A stretch of DNA of 64,000 nt from Escherichia coli (lineage in GTDB: Bacteria; Pseudomonadota; Gammaproteobacteria; Enterobacterales; Enterobacteriaceae), in the NCBI RefSeq assembly GCF_050320075.1, contig NZ_CP190018.1; one strand, 5' to 3'. Below, one piece after another: positions 1 through 10,523 of the stretch (positions are counted from its first letter, which is position 1; each line of letters opens with the position of its first letter). Made by a program: the position numbers and the translations under genes. A model generated the notes under the pieces. The model made no database searches and was not told where the DNA came from. It was given only the letters and a program-made list of their open reading frames with translations.

Positions 1-408
1 GACAGAGAGCAGTTCGCTGACGCGGTTAATATTGGTAAAAGTCAATGTTGGGCTGGCCCGTTTTACAGGAATTAATGCCTGACCCAGCTGGTTTAATACC
101 ACTGCAGTTAATAGCATGACCAGACCAATAATCACGATACGTCGTCTGCCAGGGGCGTTTTCTTTCAGCCAGAAACTCAGCATCAACATTCCCATCGCCA
201 GCAGAGAACAACCGTCGAAAGCGCGATTGTTGGTCAATGCAACCAGCCACAAAAAGGCCTTACTTTCGACCAGTTTCTGATTAAAGAAATAAAAAATATC
301 CGCATCAATCGGCAACCAGAATCCATGATTAACGGGAATATACCAGGAAAGAAACAGCGCGAGGCCGACAATATTCAACAACACTATTTGCGGCAAATTT
401 TTAATCAT
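1..408 (-). CDS. lpxT: Lipid A 1-diphosphate synthase LpxT (YeiU), N-terminal part; 3' end lies beyond the window
   Basis: Reverse-strand translation from ATG at 406-408 reads MIKNLPQIVLLNIVGLALFLSWYIPVNHGFWLPID..., open to the window edge; synteny downstream of yeiR. Confidence 0.8.
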   Translation of the reverse strand, partial: MIKNLPQIVLLNIVGLALFLSWYIPVNHGFWLPIDADIFYFFNQKLVESKAFLWLVALTNNRAFDGCSLLAMGMLMLSFWLKENAPGRRRIVIIGLVMLLTAVVLNQLGQALIPVKRASPTLTFTNINRVSELLSV

Positions 409-446
409 ATTTTCTCTAATTATCTTACTGAAAAACGCAGGCAACC

Positions 447-1433
447 TTACGCGGTAGTCGCTAAACGAAGCTTCAACAGCGCGCTCTGCAAGGCATTCCA
501 GTCAGCTTCGCTGCTGGAAATCAGCTCAATACGACTGTCCGGTGGCGCAACGTTTTGCGTTTCAATGTGCAGGTCATCGCCCTGACGGTTGATTCGCACC
601 AGCCCTTCGGGAATACGCATCACGCCTTTGACGCGTTCCACCGGTGCAAGTCGCGCCCATTCCAGAATGCCAATGGTGTCGAATACCGTATCAGCGTCGA
701 ATATCCAGCCACAAGCCTGATGCCCTTGTCCGCTGTTCAGACTGCGACGCCAGCGTTGATGCTCTGGCAGGCTTAACGCTGCTAACCCTTTTTTCACGCT
801 ATGATGATGAGAATGTGCGGCGCTGGCGGGCAACTCGGCTAAATTGCGACGCGGCAAATCCAGAAGATGACCGTCAATTTTCCCATGCTCGCTGTGAATT
901 AATTGCCGATCGCCACCATTTTGCTGCCACCAGCGCTGTAGCGCTTGCTCACTTTCGGGCGTCGCACGGTCGGATTTATTGGCGACAATAATGTCTGCGG
1001 CAGCCAGCTGGTCACGGAAGTTTTCATTGCTGGCGCTTTTTTCGTCCAGCAGCAGGCGTGGATCGAGAATGCACAACGTGGCGCGCAGATCTATCCACGG
1101 TTCATAGACTGGTGCGGTTAAGAGATCGAGGATTTGTTTCGGATGGCCCAGCCCGGTCGGCTCTATCAACAAGCGGTCTGGTTTTCCCTGACGCAGTAAG
1201 GTATTCAATCCTACCTGCATGGGTAAACCATTAACGCAGCACATGCAGCCGCCGGGGATCTCTTTCAGCAATGCGCCGCTATCGGCGAGCAAAGCACCAT
1301 CAATTCCGACTTCCCCAAATTCATTAACCAGTACCGCCCATCTTTCGTTGGGATCTTTATGGGCTAACAGATGAAGAATCGACGTAGTTTTCCCGCTGCC
1401 GAGAAAACCGGTGATGAGGTTGGTCCTGGTCAC
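447..1433 (-). CDS. yeiR: COG0523-family zinc-binding GTPase YeiR
   Basis: 328-aa ORF; P-loop GFLGSGKTT and GGCMCC metal-binding motif; His-rich C-terminal region. Confidence 0.9.
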   Translation of the reverse strand: MTRTNLITGFLGSGKTTSILHLLAHKDPNERWAVLVNEFGEVGIDGALLADSGALLKEIPGGCMCCVNGLPMQVGLNTLLRQGKPDRLLIEPTGLGHPKQILDLLTAPVYEPWIDLRATLCILDPRLLLDEKSASNENFRDQLAAADIIVANKSDRATPESEQALQRWWQQNGGDRQLIHSEHGKIDGHLLDLPRRNLAELPASAAHSHHHSVKKGLAALSLPEHQRWRRSLNSGQGHQACGWIFDADTVFDTIGILEWARLAPVERVKGVMRIPEGLVRINRQGDDLHIETQNVAPPDSRIELISSSEADWNALQSALLKLRLATTA

Positions 1434-1550
1434 AACGGCTCCGCAATACTCTTAAAAGTTAACTGAGCGTTAATCCTGGCTAAAAAAGGCAGAAAAGAGA
1501 AGGGGGGAGCGGACGAAGGCGAGCTTCATCCGCTTTAACCGCAGAAATCG

Positions 1551-3017
1551 TTAAATTTTGAGGGTGTTTAATAGCGCCTGATGCGCGCCGAATTGTGCGA
1601 TTTGTTGCCAGGCTTGTTCGATAGCCTGCACAAAATGCGGGTTATCTGGCAGATCATCACCGAAAACTTCACGCAGGGAAAGCAGGGCGGTGACGCGTTG
1701 TTCACTGCTACTGCCCGCAACAAGTTCGCGAATTTTATCGCTAAGCGGATCGCGAACATCAATGGCATTTCCGGCATCATCAACGCCGCTGACGTAACGC
1801 ATCCAGCCTGCAACGCCTAATGCCAGCAACGACCAGTCCGTTTCGCGCGCCAGATGTATGCGAATACCTGCCAGCATACGTTGCGGTAATTTCTGGCTAC
1901 CATCCATTGCGATTTGCCAGGTCTTATGTTTCAGCGCCGGGTTAGCAAAACGTGCAATTAACTTATCCGCATATTGTGTTAAATCGACATCTTTAATTCG
2001 CAGTGTTGGCGCTTGCTCATCCAGCATTAATGTTCTGGCGGCATGGCGAAATGCGCGATCCTGCATGCAATCACTGATATGGGCGAATCCTGAGAGGTAA
2101 CCCAGATAAGCGAGAAAAGAGTGGCTGCCATTAAGCATACGCAGTTTCATCTCTTCCCATGGCAGGACATCATTCACCATTTGTACACCTGCGACTTCCC
2201 AGGCAGGACGCCCAGCGACGAAGTTATCTTCCACCACCCACTGGATAAACGGTTCGCAGCTAATCGCGCAGGGATCATTCACCCCCAGATGCTGGCTGAT
2301 TTCCGCTAGTGATTCGTCGGTTGCAGCCGGAACAATGCGGTCGACCATGGTTCCCGGAAAACTGACGTGTTCTTTTATCCACCCGGCGAGTTCTGGTGAA
2401 CGTTTTTCCGCCATCCCCAGCACCGCGTTTTTCACCACATGGCCATTGTCGGGAATATTGTCGCAGGAGAGTACGGTAAACGGTGCAAGGCCGCGTTCAC
2501 GGCGTCGTTTCAGTGCTTCGACGAGAATACCCGGCGCGGAGTGAGGTTCTTCAGGGTTTTGTAGATCGTGAATAATCCGCGGATTGCTGGTGTCGAGTGC
2601 ACCGGTGGCCGGGTCAATACAATAGCCTTTTTCGGTAATCGTCAGGGAAACAATTGCCACCTGTGGCTCGCAAAACTTCTCAATAATTGCCGCTAAGGAA
2701 TCCAGTTTTGCATTCAGGCATTCGTGAACGGCACCGACAATTATCGCCTGATTGCCGTCCGCCCCTTTCTCCAGCACGGTATATAAATGGTTCTGTGCGC
2801 GGAGCTGGCTCATCAGTTGATCGCCGCTGAACAAGCTGATTTCACAGATCCCCCAGTCGCCGCCCTGGGCATTCAGCACACGATCGGTCAGTAATGCCTG
2901 ATGTGCGCGGTGAAAGGCACCAAAGCCAAAATGAACGATACGTGATTGCAACTGCTGGCGATCGTAGCGTGGAGCGTGTACATGATGCGGGAGCGTAACG
3001 GAGGCGATTGTATTCAT
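1551..3017 (-). CDS. yeiQ: Mannitol dehydrogenase-family oxidoreductase YeiQ
   Basis: 491-aa ORF from a GTG at 3026; first ATG at 3017 gives 488 aa (MNTIASVTLPHH...); start choice uncertain. Confidence 0.85.
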   Translation of the reverse strand: MNTIASVTLPHHVHAPRYDRQQLQSRIVHFGFGAFHRAHQALLTDRVLNAQGGDWGICEISLFSGDQLMSQLRAQNHLYTVLEKGADGNQAIIVGAVHECLNAKLDSLAAIIEKFCEPQVAIVSLTITEKGYCIDPATGALDTSNPRIIHDLQNPEEPHSAPGILVEALKRRRERGLAPFTVLSCDNIPDNGHVVKNAVLGMAEKRSPELAGWIKEHVSFPGTMVDRIVPAATDESLAEISQHLGVNDPCAISCEPFIQWVVEDNFVAGRPAWEVAGVQMVNDVLPWEEMKLRMLNGSHSFLAYLGYLSGFAHISDCMQDRAFRHAARTLMLDEQAPTLRIKDVDLTQYADKLIARFANPALKHKTWQIAMDGSQKLPQRMLAGIRIHLARETDWSLLALGVAGWMRYVSGVDDAGNAIDVRDPLSDKIRELVAGSSSEQRVTALLSLREVFGDDLPDNPHFVQAIEQAWQQIAQFGAHQALLNTLKI

Positions 3018-3239
3018 AGGAGTCACGTCTTAGTAACGATTAATTAACAATGACAGTGTAAAGTTATATGACAGCAATTGAAATTGGTCTGGATTGTTAA
3101 TGCGATGAAGTGTGAGGGCGATCAATCAACGAGTGAATATTGCGGGCGTAAGGTGTTCAGGAAGCGCAAAATAGAAGATTGGTATAATAAATTAAAAAAG
3201 GGACAGCCTGAGCTATCCCTTTTCTGCATGCGGCTGAAG

Positions 3240-3812
3240 TTAGTCAGCACGCCCCATATAACGGCGTTCTTCGATATGGATACGAATTTTTTCGCCCGGG
3301 CTTAAGTATTCTGGTACCTGAATCACCAGACCAGTGCTCAATGTCGCCGGTTTGTTACGGGCGCTGGCAGATGCCCCTTTGATGCCAGGTGCGGTTTCAA
3401 CGATTTCCAGATCAACGGTCTGCGGCAGCTCAAGCGCCAGCAGTTGACCGTCCCAGGTCAGCACCTGCATGTCCGGCATGCCGCCCTCTGGCATAAACAG
3501 CAACTCTTCTTCAATCTGATCTTTGGTGAAGGTATACGGGGTATAGTCTTCTTTATCCATAAAGACATATTCGTTACCATCGACATAGGAGAAGTCAACG
3601 TAACGGCGGGTCAGAGTCACGGTGTCAACGATATCATCTCCTTTGAAACGCTCTTCTACTTTCAGCCCGGTACGGACATCAGAAAAACGCATTTTGTACA
3701 GCGTAGCGGCACCGCGGGCAGTGGGCGACTGAATATCAATGTCCTTAACCAGCAGCAGTTTGCCGTTGTAATTCAGTACCATACCTTTTTTAATTTCGTT
3801 CGCTCTTGGCAT
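3240..3812 (-). CDS. yeiP: Elongation factor P-like protein YeiP
   Basis: 190-aa protein from internal ATG at 3812 ([20 protein letters not shown]...), preceded by an AGGA RBS; the listed 275-aa ORF is an upstream in-frame extension. Confidence 0.9.
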
Positions 3813-3966
3813 CGAAAAATTCCTGTAGTCGAAAATGTCAAAAATATCGCGACAAAGTACTCGCGACGGGCCTTTCGGGCAAGTGGTATTCGCACTTTTG
3901 CTGGTGCAAAAAAGGTGGTACTGTGCGCGCTCATCAATCCGGTGGTTAACCTTAAGAGAACAACGT

Positions 3967-4221
3967 ATGGAATGCCGTCCGGGTTGCGGGGCGTGTTGCA
4001 CTGCCCCTTCAATTTCCAGCCCTATTCCCGGTATGCCAGATGGCAAGCCCGCCAATACGCCCTGCATTCAGCTTGATGAACAGCAACGCTGTAAAATTTT
4101 CACCTCGCCACTGCGACCGAAAGTTTGTGCGGGCTTACAAGCCAGCGCTGAAATGTGCGGTAACTCGCGTCAGCAGGCAATGACCTGGCTTATCGATCTG
4201 GAAATGCTGACCGCGCCTTAA
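3967..4221 (+). CDS. yeiW: Cysteine-cluster protein YeiW (UPF0153)
   Basis: 84-aa protein [22 protein letters not shown]... inside the 128-aa ORF; Cys-rich. Confidence 0.8.
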
Positions 4222-5399
4222 ACATCTTTAATCCGCAGTAAGCAAAACAGAGTGGCGATAATCATCACCATCGCAAACCAGAACACAGCGTGATAATTCC
4301 AGATCTCGGCGACGATGCCCGCCACTGATCCTGCGATGATCCAGCCCACGCGCGAAGTGTTGGTATAGAGCGTGGTGGCTGAACCTGCCTGACCGGGCAT
4401 CAAATCCTGAAAATAGAGCATCCCGATGCCGCCCAGAATGCCAATAAAAATAGCATTAAGCAGCTGCAAGCCCAACAGAATGACAGGTGAATGCGCCATC
4501 AGCATTCCTGCGTAAAAACAGACGCCACCCACGGCAGCAACGCGCATTAAGAAACGCTTACCCAAACGTTTGGCGAAATATCCGGCAATCAACATGGTCG
4601 GGATTTCCAGCCCGGCGGCGGTCCCCATCATCACACCGGCCAGTTTCTCGGGAAGATGCAGTTCGTTGATAATAAATAGCGGCATGTTGATGATGTACAG
4701 GCTGTTCGAGCCCCACATCAATGTACAAATGACAAACAGCAGCAGCGTATCGCGACGGTTACGGCGCGGCGCTTCAACCGTGCCGGTCGCCAGTGGAAGT
4801 TCTTTTTGCATCGACGGTAAAAACAGCCACACCATCACACCGCAAACAATAAACGCTACCGCTGCGCTCAGATACATTACCGTAAAGCTGAAACCCATCG
4901 CTAAGGCATAAGCCAGCGGCGGGCCAATGACCCATGCCAGTGAAACCTGAGCGCGTAAAAAAGAGCTGAACATCACCGCTTCACGTCCGGTTTTGTCAGC
5001 ATGTTCACGGGCGAGGGCAAACATTTGCGGGTTAGCAGTCGAGCCAAAGCTGCTAAGAAAGACGCCAACGAATAGCAAAACAAAGTAGTTGCGATTCCAG
5101 GCAAAAAGAGTGCAGGCCAGCACGCCTAACAGGCAGCAAAAGACAATCAGCGATTTGCGATCGCCGCGCTTATCAGAGCGCCCGGCGAGAAACTGACTTA
5201 CCAGAATCCCAATGACAGCGCTGCCGGTAAAGAAGAATCCCACCATCGCCGGGCGGGCATGTACTTCATCAGTAAGAAAAATACTGAGTGTCGGGGTTTG
5301 TAGAGCGCCCGCAATACCGGTGAGAAAGGCAACGATTAAAAACGCCATCGAGGTCAGGTCAAACGATTTCGCGCTGGAGACTGCGGGGGAGTTATGCAT
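4218..5399 (-). CDS. setB: Sugar efflux transporter SetB (MFS)
   Basis: 393-aa multi-TM ORF; synteny next to fruB. Confidence 0.9.
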
Positions 5400-5665
5400 G
5401 CTGGTCGATCACTGGAAGAGGAAGACGCGGAGTTTACGCTGCTTGTCAGAAAATAAACAGACAGCGAAATCAAAAGCGCCACGAATAATCAAAATGCCAT
5501 TTCACTGTTGCTGATTGGCTGCTGACGCTGCTGAAATGAAATTGCTGATAACGGATTTTCCCATCAGCAATTAGGAAAAATGACAAAAAATTGTGCAGCA
5601 CATCAAACTTTTGCTCATAACTTTACGGCTTTCCTTGCGTGCTGAAACAGAAGTATTATGCTTTC

Positions 5666-5680
5666 TTGAAACGTTTCAGC
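5666..5680. promoter_or_regulatory. Candidate Cra (FruR) operator, distal site in the fruB promoter region
   Basis: ttgaaacgtttcagc, near-perfect TGAAACGTTTCA palindrome; a TATTAT -10-like hexamer sits about 10 bp upstream. Confidence 0.55.
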
Positions 5681-5731
5681 GCGATCTTGTCTTTAACCCT
5701 AAGCCAGGTTGGCGCTTTTTTTCTCATAGAA

Positions 5732-5752
5732 GCTGAATCGTTTCAATTCAGC
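5732..5752. promoter_or_regulatory. Candidate Cra (FruR) operator, proximal site just upstream of the fruB RBS
   Basis: gctgaatcgtttcaattcagc palindrome followed by RBS agagaggag and ATG at 5767. Confidence 0.6.
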
Positions 5753-5766
5753 AAGAGAGGAGAACT

Positions 5767-6897
5767 ATGTTCCAGTTATCCGTACAGGACATCCATCCGG
5801 GCGAAAAGGCCGGAGACAAAGAAGAGGCGATTCGCCAGGTCGCTGCGGCGCTGGTGCAGGCCGGTAATGTAGCTGAAGGCTACGTCAATGGCATGCTGGC
5901 GCGCGAACAGCAAACCTCTACGTTCCTCGGCAATGGTATTGCTATTCCACACGGCACTACCGACACCCGCGATCAGGTGCTGAAAACCGGCGTTCAGGTA
6001 TTTCAGTTCCCGGAAGGCGTCACCTGGGGTGACGGCCAGGTAGCGTACGTGGCGATCGGTATTGCTGCCAGCTCGGATGAACATTTGGGCCTGCTACGCC
6101 AGCTGACCCACGTACTGAGCGATGATTCCGTTGCTGAACAACTGAAGTCAGCAACAACAGCAGAAGAACTTCGCGCATTGCTGATGGGCGAAAAGCAGAG
6201 TGAGCAGCTGAAGCTCGACAACGAAATGCTGACGCTGGATATCGTCGCCAGCGATCTGCTGACTCTTCAGGCGCTGAACGCTGCTCGTCTGAAAGAGGCG
6301 GGGGCAGTTGACGCCACTTTCGTCACCAAAGCCATCAATGAACAACCGCTGAACCTCGGACAGGGTATCTGGCTGAGCGATAGCGCCGAAGGCAATCTGC
6401 GTAGCGCGATTGCGGTAAGCCGTGCGGCAAATGCTTTTGATGTGGACGGCGAAACGGCAGCCATGCTGGTGAGTGTGGCGATGAATGACGATCAGCCCAT
6501 TGCGGTTCTAAAGCGTCTCGCTGATTTGTTACTCGACAATAAAGCTGACCGCTTGCTGAAAGCGGATGCGGCAACGTTGCTGGCGCTGCTGACCAGCGAT
6601 GATGCGCCGACCGACGACGTGTTAAGCGCGGAGTTTGTGGTGCGCAATGAACACGGCCTGCATGCTCGTCCAGGTACCATGCTGGTCAATACCATTAAAC
6701 AATTTAACAGTGATATTACCGTGACAAACCTTGATGGCACCGGCAAACCGGCAAACGGACGTAGTCTGATGAAAGTTGTGGCACTTGGCGTTAAGAAAGG
6801 TCATCGCCTACGCTTTACCGCCCAGGGTGCAGATGCTGAACAGGCGCTGAAAGCCATTGGCGACGCTATCGCTGCTGGTCTTGGGGAGGGCGCATAA
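5767..6897 (+). CDS. fruB: Fructose PTS multiphosphoryl transfer protein FruB (EIIA-FPr)
   Basis: 376-aa ORF; stop overlaps fruK start (TAATG). Confidence 0.93.
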
Positions 6898-7835
6898 TGA
6901 GCAGACGTGTTGCTACTATCACCCTTAATCCGGCTTATGACCTTGTTGGTTTCTGCCCGGAAATTGAACGCGGCGAAGTGAACCTGGTGAAAACCACCGG
7001 TCTGCATGCGGCGGGTAAAGGCATCAACGTGGCCAAAGTGTTAAAAGACCTGGGAATTGATGTCACTGTTGGCGGCTTCCTCGGTAAAGACAATCAGGAT
7101 GGTTTTCAGCAACTGTTCAGCGAGCTGGGCATTGCCAACCGTTTCCAGGTTGTACAGGGGCGCACCCGAATTAACGTTAAGCTGACGGAAAAAGACGGCG
7201 AAGTGACCGACTTCAACTTCTCGGGTTTTGAAGTCACTCCCGCCGACTGGGAACGCTTTGTGACTGATTCTCTGAGCTGTCTCGGTCAGTTCGATATGGT
7301 CTGTGTCAGCGGAAGCTTACCGTCAGGCGTCAGCCCGGAAGCGTTCACCGACTGGATGACTCGCCTGCGTAGTCAGTGTCCTTGCATTATCTTTGATAGT
7401 AGCCGTGAAGCGTTAGTAGCAGGTTTGAAAGCGGCACCGTGGCTGGTGAAACCTAACCGCCGCGAGCTGGAAATCTGGGCAGGCCGTAAACTGCCTGAAA
7501 TGAAAGATGTGATTGAAGCTGCACATGCGCTACGTGAACAAGGTATCGCGCATGTCGTTATTTCACTGGGTGCCGAAGGCGCGCTTTGGGTTAATGCCTC
7601 CGGCGAATGGATCGCCAAACCACCGTCAGTCGATGTCGTAAGCACCGTTGGCGCAGGGGATTCTATGGTTGGTGGCCTGATTTATGGCTTGCTGATGCGT
7701 GAATCCAGTGAACACACACTGCGTCTGGCGACAGCTGTTGCAGCCCTGGCGGTAAGTCAAAGCAATGTGGGTATTACCGATCGTCCGCAGTTGGCCGCAA
7801 TGATGGCGCGCGTCGACTTACAACCTTTTAACTGA
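6897..7835 (+). CDS. fruK: 1-phosphofructokinase FruK
   Basis: 312-aa ORF; PfkB-family GAGDSMVGG motif. Confidence 0.93.
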   Translation: MSRRVATITLNPAYDLVGFCPEIERGEVNLVKTTGLHAAGKGINVAKVLKDLGIDVTVGGFLGKDNQDGFQQLFSELGIANRFQVVQGRTRINVKLTEKDGEVTDFNFSGFEVTPADWERFVTDSLSCLGQFDMVCVSGSLPSGVSPEAFTDWMTRLRSQCPCIIFDSSREALVAGLKAAPWLVKPNRRELEIWAGRKLPEMKDVIEAAHALREQGIAHVVISLGAEGALWVNASGEWIAKPPSVDVVSTVGAGDSMVGGLIYGLLMRESSEHTLRLATAVAALAVSQSNVGITDRPQLAAMMARVDLQPFN

Positions 7836-7851
7836 CAGCAGGAGAGGCATA

Positions 7852-9543
7852 ATGAAAACGCTGCTGATTATTGACGCTAATCTCGGTCAGGCACGCGCCT
7901 ATATGGCGAAGACCCTGCTGGGCGCGGCGGCGCGAAAAGCAAAACTGGAAATCATCGACAATCCGAACGACGCTGAAATGGCGATTGTTCTCGGTGATTC
8001 CATCCCGAACGACAGCGCGCTGAACGGTAAAAATGTCTGGCTGGGCGATATTTCCCGGGCAGTTGCGCACCCTGAGCTGTTCCTGAGTGAAGCCAAAGGC
8101 CATGCGAAACCTTACACTGCGCCGGTCGCTGCGACAGCACCGGTTGCCGCCAGCGGTCCGAAACGCGTAGTTGCGGTGACTGCTTGCCCGACTGGCGTAG
8201 CACACACCTTTATGGCGGCTGAAGCCATTGAAACCGAAGCGAAAAAACGTGGCTGGTGGGTGAAAGTTGAAACCCGTGGTTCGGTTGGCGCGGGTAATGC
8301 AATCACCCCTGAAGAAGTAGCCGCAGCAGATCTGGTGATTGTGGCGGCAGATATTGAAGTGGATCTGGCGAAATTTGCTGGTAAACCGATGTATCGCACC
8401 TCTACCGGTCTGGCGCTGAAGAAAACCGCGCAGGAACTGGATAAAGCGGTTGCTGAAGCAACGCCGTATGAACCGGCGGGCAAAACTCAAACAGCGACCA
8501 CTGAAGGTAAGAAAGAGAGTGCAGGCGCTTACCGTCACTTGCTGACGGGCGTCTCTTACATGCTGCCGATGGTCGTTGCAGGTGGTCTGTGTATCGCGCT
8601 TTCTTTTGCTTTTGGTATCGAAGCGTTTAAAGAGCCGGGTACGTTGGCTGCGGCGCTGATGCAGATTGGTGGTGGTTCAGCCTTTGCGTTGATGGTGCCG
8701 GTACTGGCAGGTTATATTGCCTTTTCCATTGCCGATCGTCCGGGTCTCACGCCGGGTCTGATTGGCGGTATGCTGGCGGTCAGCACCGGTTCTGGCTTCA
8801 TTGGCGGTATTATTGCGGGCTTCCTGGCTGGTTACATTGCGAAGTTAATCAGTACGCAATTGAAACTGCCACAGAGTATGGAGGCGCTGAAACCGATTCT
8901 GATCATTCCGCTAATTTCCAGTCTGGTGGTCGGTCTGGCGATGATCTACCTGATCGGTAAACCGGTTGCTGGCATTCTCGAAGGGTTGACTCACTGGCTG
9001 CAGACCATGGGGACTGCGAATGCGGTTCTGCTGGGGGCGATCCTCGGTGGCATGATGTGTACTGACATGGGCGGTCCGGTAAACAAAGCAGCGTACGCGT
9101 TCGGTGTGGGTCTGCTGAGTACTCAAACCTATGGCCCGATGGCGGCGATTATGGCGGCAGGTATGGTGCCACCGCTGGCAATGGGCCTGGCAACAATGGT
9201 GGCGCGTCGTAAATTCGACAAAGCGCAGCAGGAAGGTGGCAAAGCCGCTCTGGTATTGGGACTGTGCTTCATTTCGGAAGGTGCAATTCCGTTTGCTGCC
9301 CGTGATCCGATGCGAGTGCTGCCGTGCTGTATCGTGGGTGGGGCGCTGACTGGCGCAATCTCAATGGCGATTGGTGCGAAACTGATGGCACCGCACGGTG
9401 GTCTGTTTGTTCTGCTGATCCCTGGCGCGATTACGCCGGTATTGGGTTACCTGGTAGCCATTATTGCCGGTACGCTGGTGGCGGGTCTGGCCTATGCCTT
9501 CCTGAAACGTCCGGAAGTGGACGCAGTAGCGAAAGCAGCGTAA
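7852..9543 (+). CDS. fruA: Fructose PTS EIIB'BC component FruA
   Basis: 563-aa ORF with a soluble N-terminal domain followed by a multi-TM domain. Confidence 0.93.
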   Translation: MKTLLIIDANLGQARAYMAKTLLGAAARKAKLEIIDNPNDAEMAIVLGDSIPNDSALNGKNVWLGDISRAVAHPELFLSEAKGHAKPYTAPVAATAPVAASGPKRVVAVTACPTGVAHTFMAAEAIETEAKKRGWWVKVETRGSVGAGNAITPEEVAAADLVIVAADIEVDLAKFAGKPMYRTSTGLALKKTAQELDKAVAEATPYEPAGKTQTATTEGKKESAGAYRHLLTGVSYMLPMVVAGGLCIALSFAFGIEAFKEPGTLAAALMQIGGGSAFALMVPVLAGYIAFSIADRPGLTPGLIGGMLAVSTGSGFIGGIIAGFLAGYIAKLISTQLKLPQSMEALKPILIIPLISSLVVGLAMIYLIGKPVAGILEGLTHWLQTMGTANAVLLGAILGGMMCTDMGGPVNKAAYAFGVGLLSTQTYGPMAAIMAAGMVPPLAMGLATMVARRKFDKAQQEGGKAALVLGLCFISEGAIPFAARDPMRVLPCCIVGGALTGAISMAIGAKLMAPHGGLFVLLIPGAITPVLGYLVAIIAGTLVAGLAYAFLKRPEVDAVAKAA

Positions 9544-9700
9544 TAAAAGGTGTGTTACAGGGCAGAAATTTCCTGCCCTGTAACATTTGATGCGCGCAAA
9601 GAGAATGACCGGTTTGTGAATGTAATTTTATGAATTTAAATGGTTTTATCTTTTAGTGGAAACCTGAAACTTTCATCAAACACTAAGGTTATTTCCTCAA

Positions 9701-9727
9701 GGGCAGATTAATTTCTGCCCTTTTTTA
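9701..9727 (+). terminator. Rho-independent terminator downstream of fruA
   Basis: gggcaga...tctgccc stem followed by a T7 run; a similar hairpin without a T-run lies at 9555-9584. Confidence 0.6.
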
Positions 9728-9810
9728 GTGTTCCTGTTCTGTGCATCCCGTCACAGGTGATGCTGCCAACTTACTGATTTAGTGTATGATGGTGTTTTTG
9801 AGGTGCTCCA

Positions 9811-10086
9811 GTGGCTTCTGTTTCTATCAGCTGTCCCTCCTGTTCAGCTACTGACGGGGTGGTGCGTAACGGCAAAAGCACCGCCGGACATCAGCGCTAT
9901 CTCTGCTCTCACTGCCGTAAAACATGGCAACTGCAGTTCACTTACACCGCTTCTCAACCCGGTACGCACCAGAAAATCATTGATATGGCCATGAATGGCG
10001 TTGGATGCCGGGCAACTGCCCGCATTATGGGCGTTGGCCTCAACACGATTTTCCGCCATTTAAAAAACTCAGGCCGCAGTCGGTAA
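9811..10086 (+). CDS. insA: IS1 InsA
   Basis: 91-aa [30 protein letters not shown]... Confidence 0.95.
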   Translation: MASVSISCPSCSATDGVVRNGKSTAGHQRYLCSHCRKTWQLQFTYTASQPGTHQKIIDMAMNGVGCRATARIMGVGLNTIFRHLKNSGRSR

Positions 10087-10508
10087 CCTCGCGCATACAG
10101 CCGGGCAGTGACGTCATCGTCTGCGCGGAAATGGACGAACAGTGGGGATACGTCGGGGCTAAATCGCGCCAGCGCTGGCTGTTTTACGCGTATGACAGGC
10201 TCCGGAAGACGGTTGTTGCGCACGTATTCGGTGAACGCACTATGGCGACGCTGGGGCGTCTTATGAGCCTGCTGTCACCCTTTGACGTGGTGATATGGAT
10301 GACGGATGGCTGGCCGCTGTATGAATCCCGCCTGAAGGGAAAGCTGCACGTAATCAGCAAGCGATATACGCAGCGAATTGAGCGGCATAACCTGAATCTG
10401 AGGCAGCACCTGGCACGGCTGGGACGGAAGTCGCTGTCGTTCTCAAAATCGGTGGAGCTGCATGACAAAGTCATCGGGCATTATCTGAACATAAAACACT
10501 ATCAATAA
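10005..10508 (+). CDS. insB: IS1 InsB (made as InsAB' by -1 frameshift at the A6C motif at 10063-10069)
   Basis: 167-aa ORF overlapping insA; AAAAAAC slippery site present. Confidence 0.93.
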   Translation: MPGNCPHYGRWPQHDFPPFKKLRPQSVTSRIQPGSDVIVCAEMDEQWGYVGAKSRQRWLFYAYDRLRKTVVAHVFGERTMATLGRLMSLLSPFDVVIWMTDGWPLYESRLKGKLHVISKRYTQRIERHNLNLRQHLARLGRKSLSFSKSVELHDKVIGHYLNIKHYQ

Positions 10509-10523
10509 GTTGGAGTCATTACC

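Larger units (their letters stand above)
9756..10523 (+). mobile_element. IS1 (768 bp), canonical-type copy, no flanking target duplication
   Basis: Starts ggtgatgctgccaacttactgattt, ends ...aagttggagtcattacc; encodes InsA and InsB; 9-bp flanks differ (cccgtcaca vs acatccggc). Confidence 0.95.

Noticed and set aside
7828-8538. 236-aa minus-strand ORF overlapping fruK and fruA
   Set aside because: Antisense to two confidently identified genes, Arg/Cys-rich with no motif; shadow ORF.
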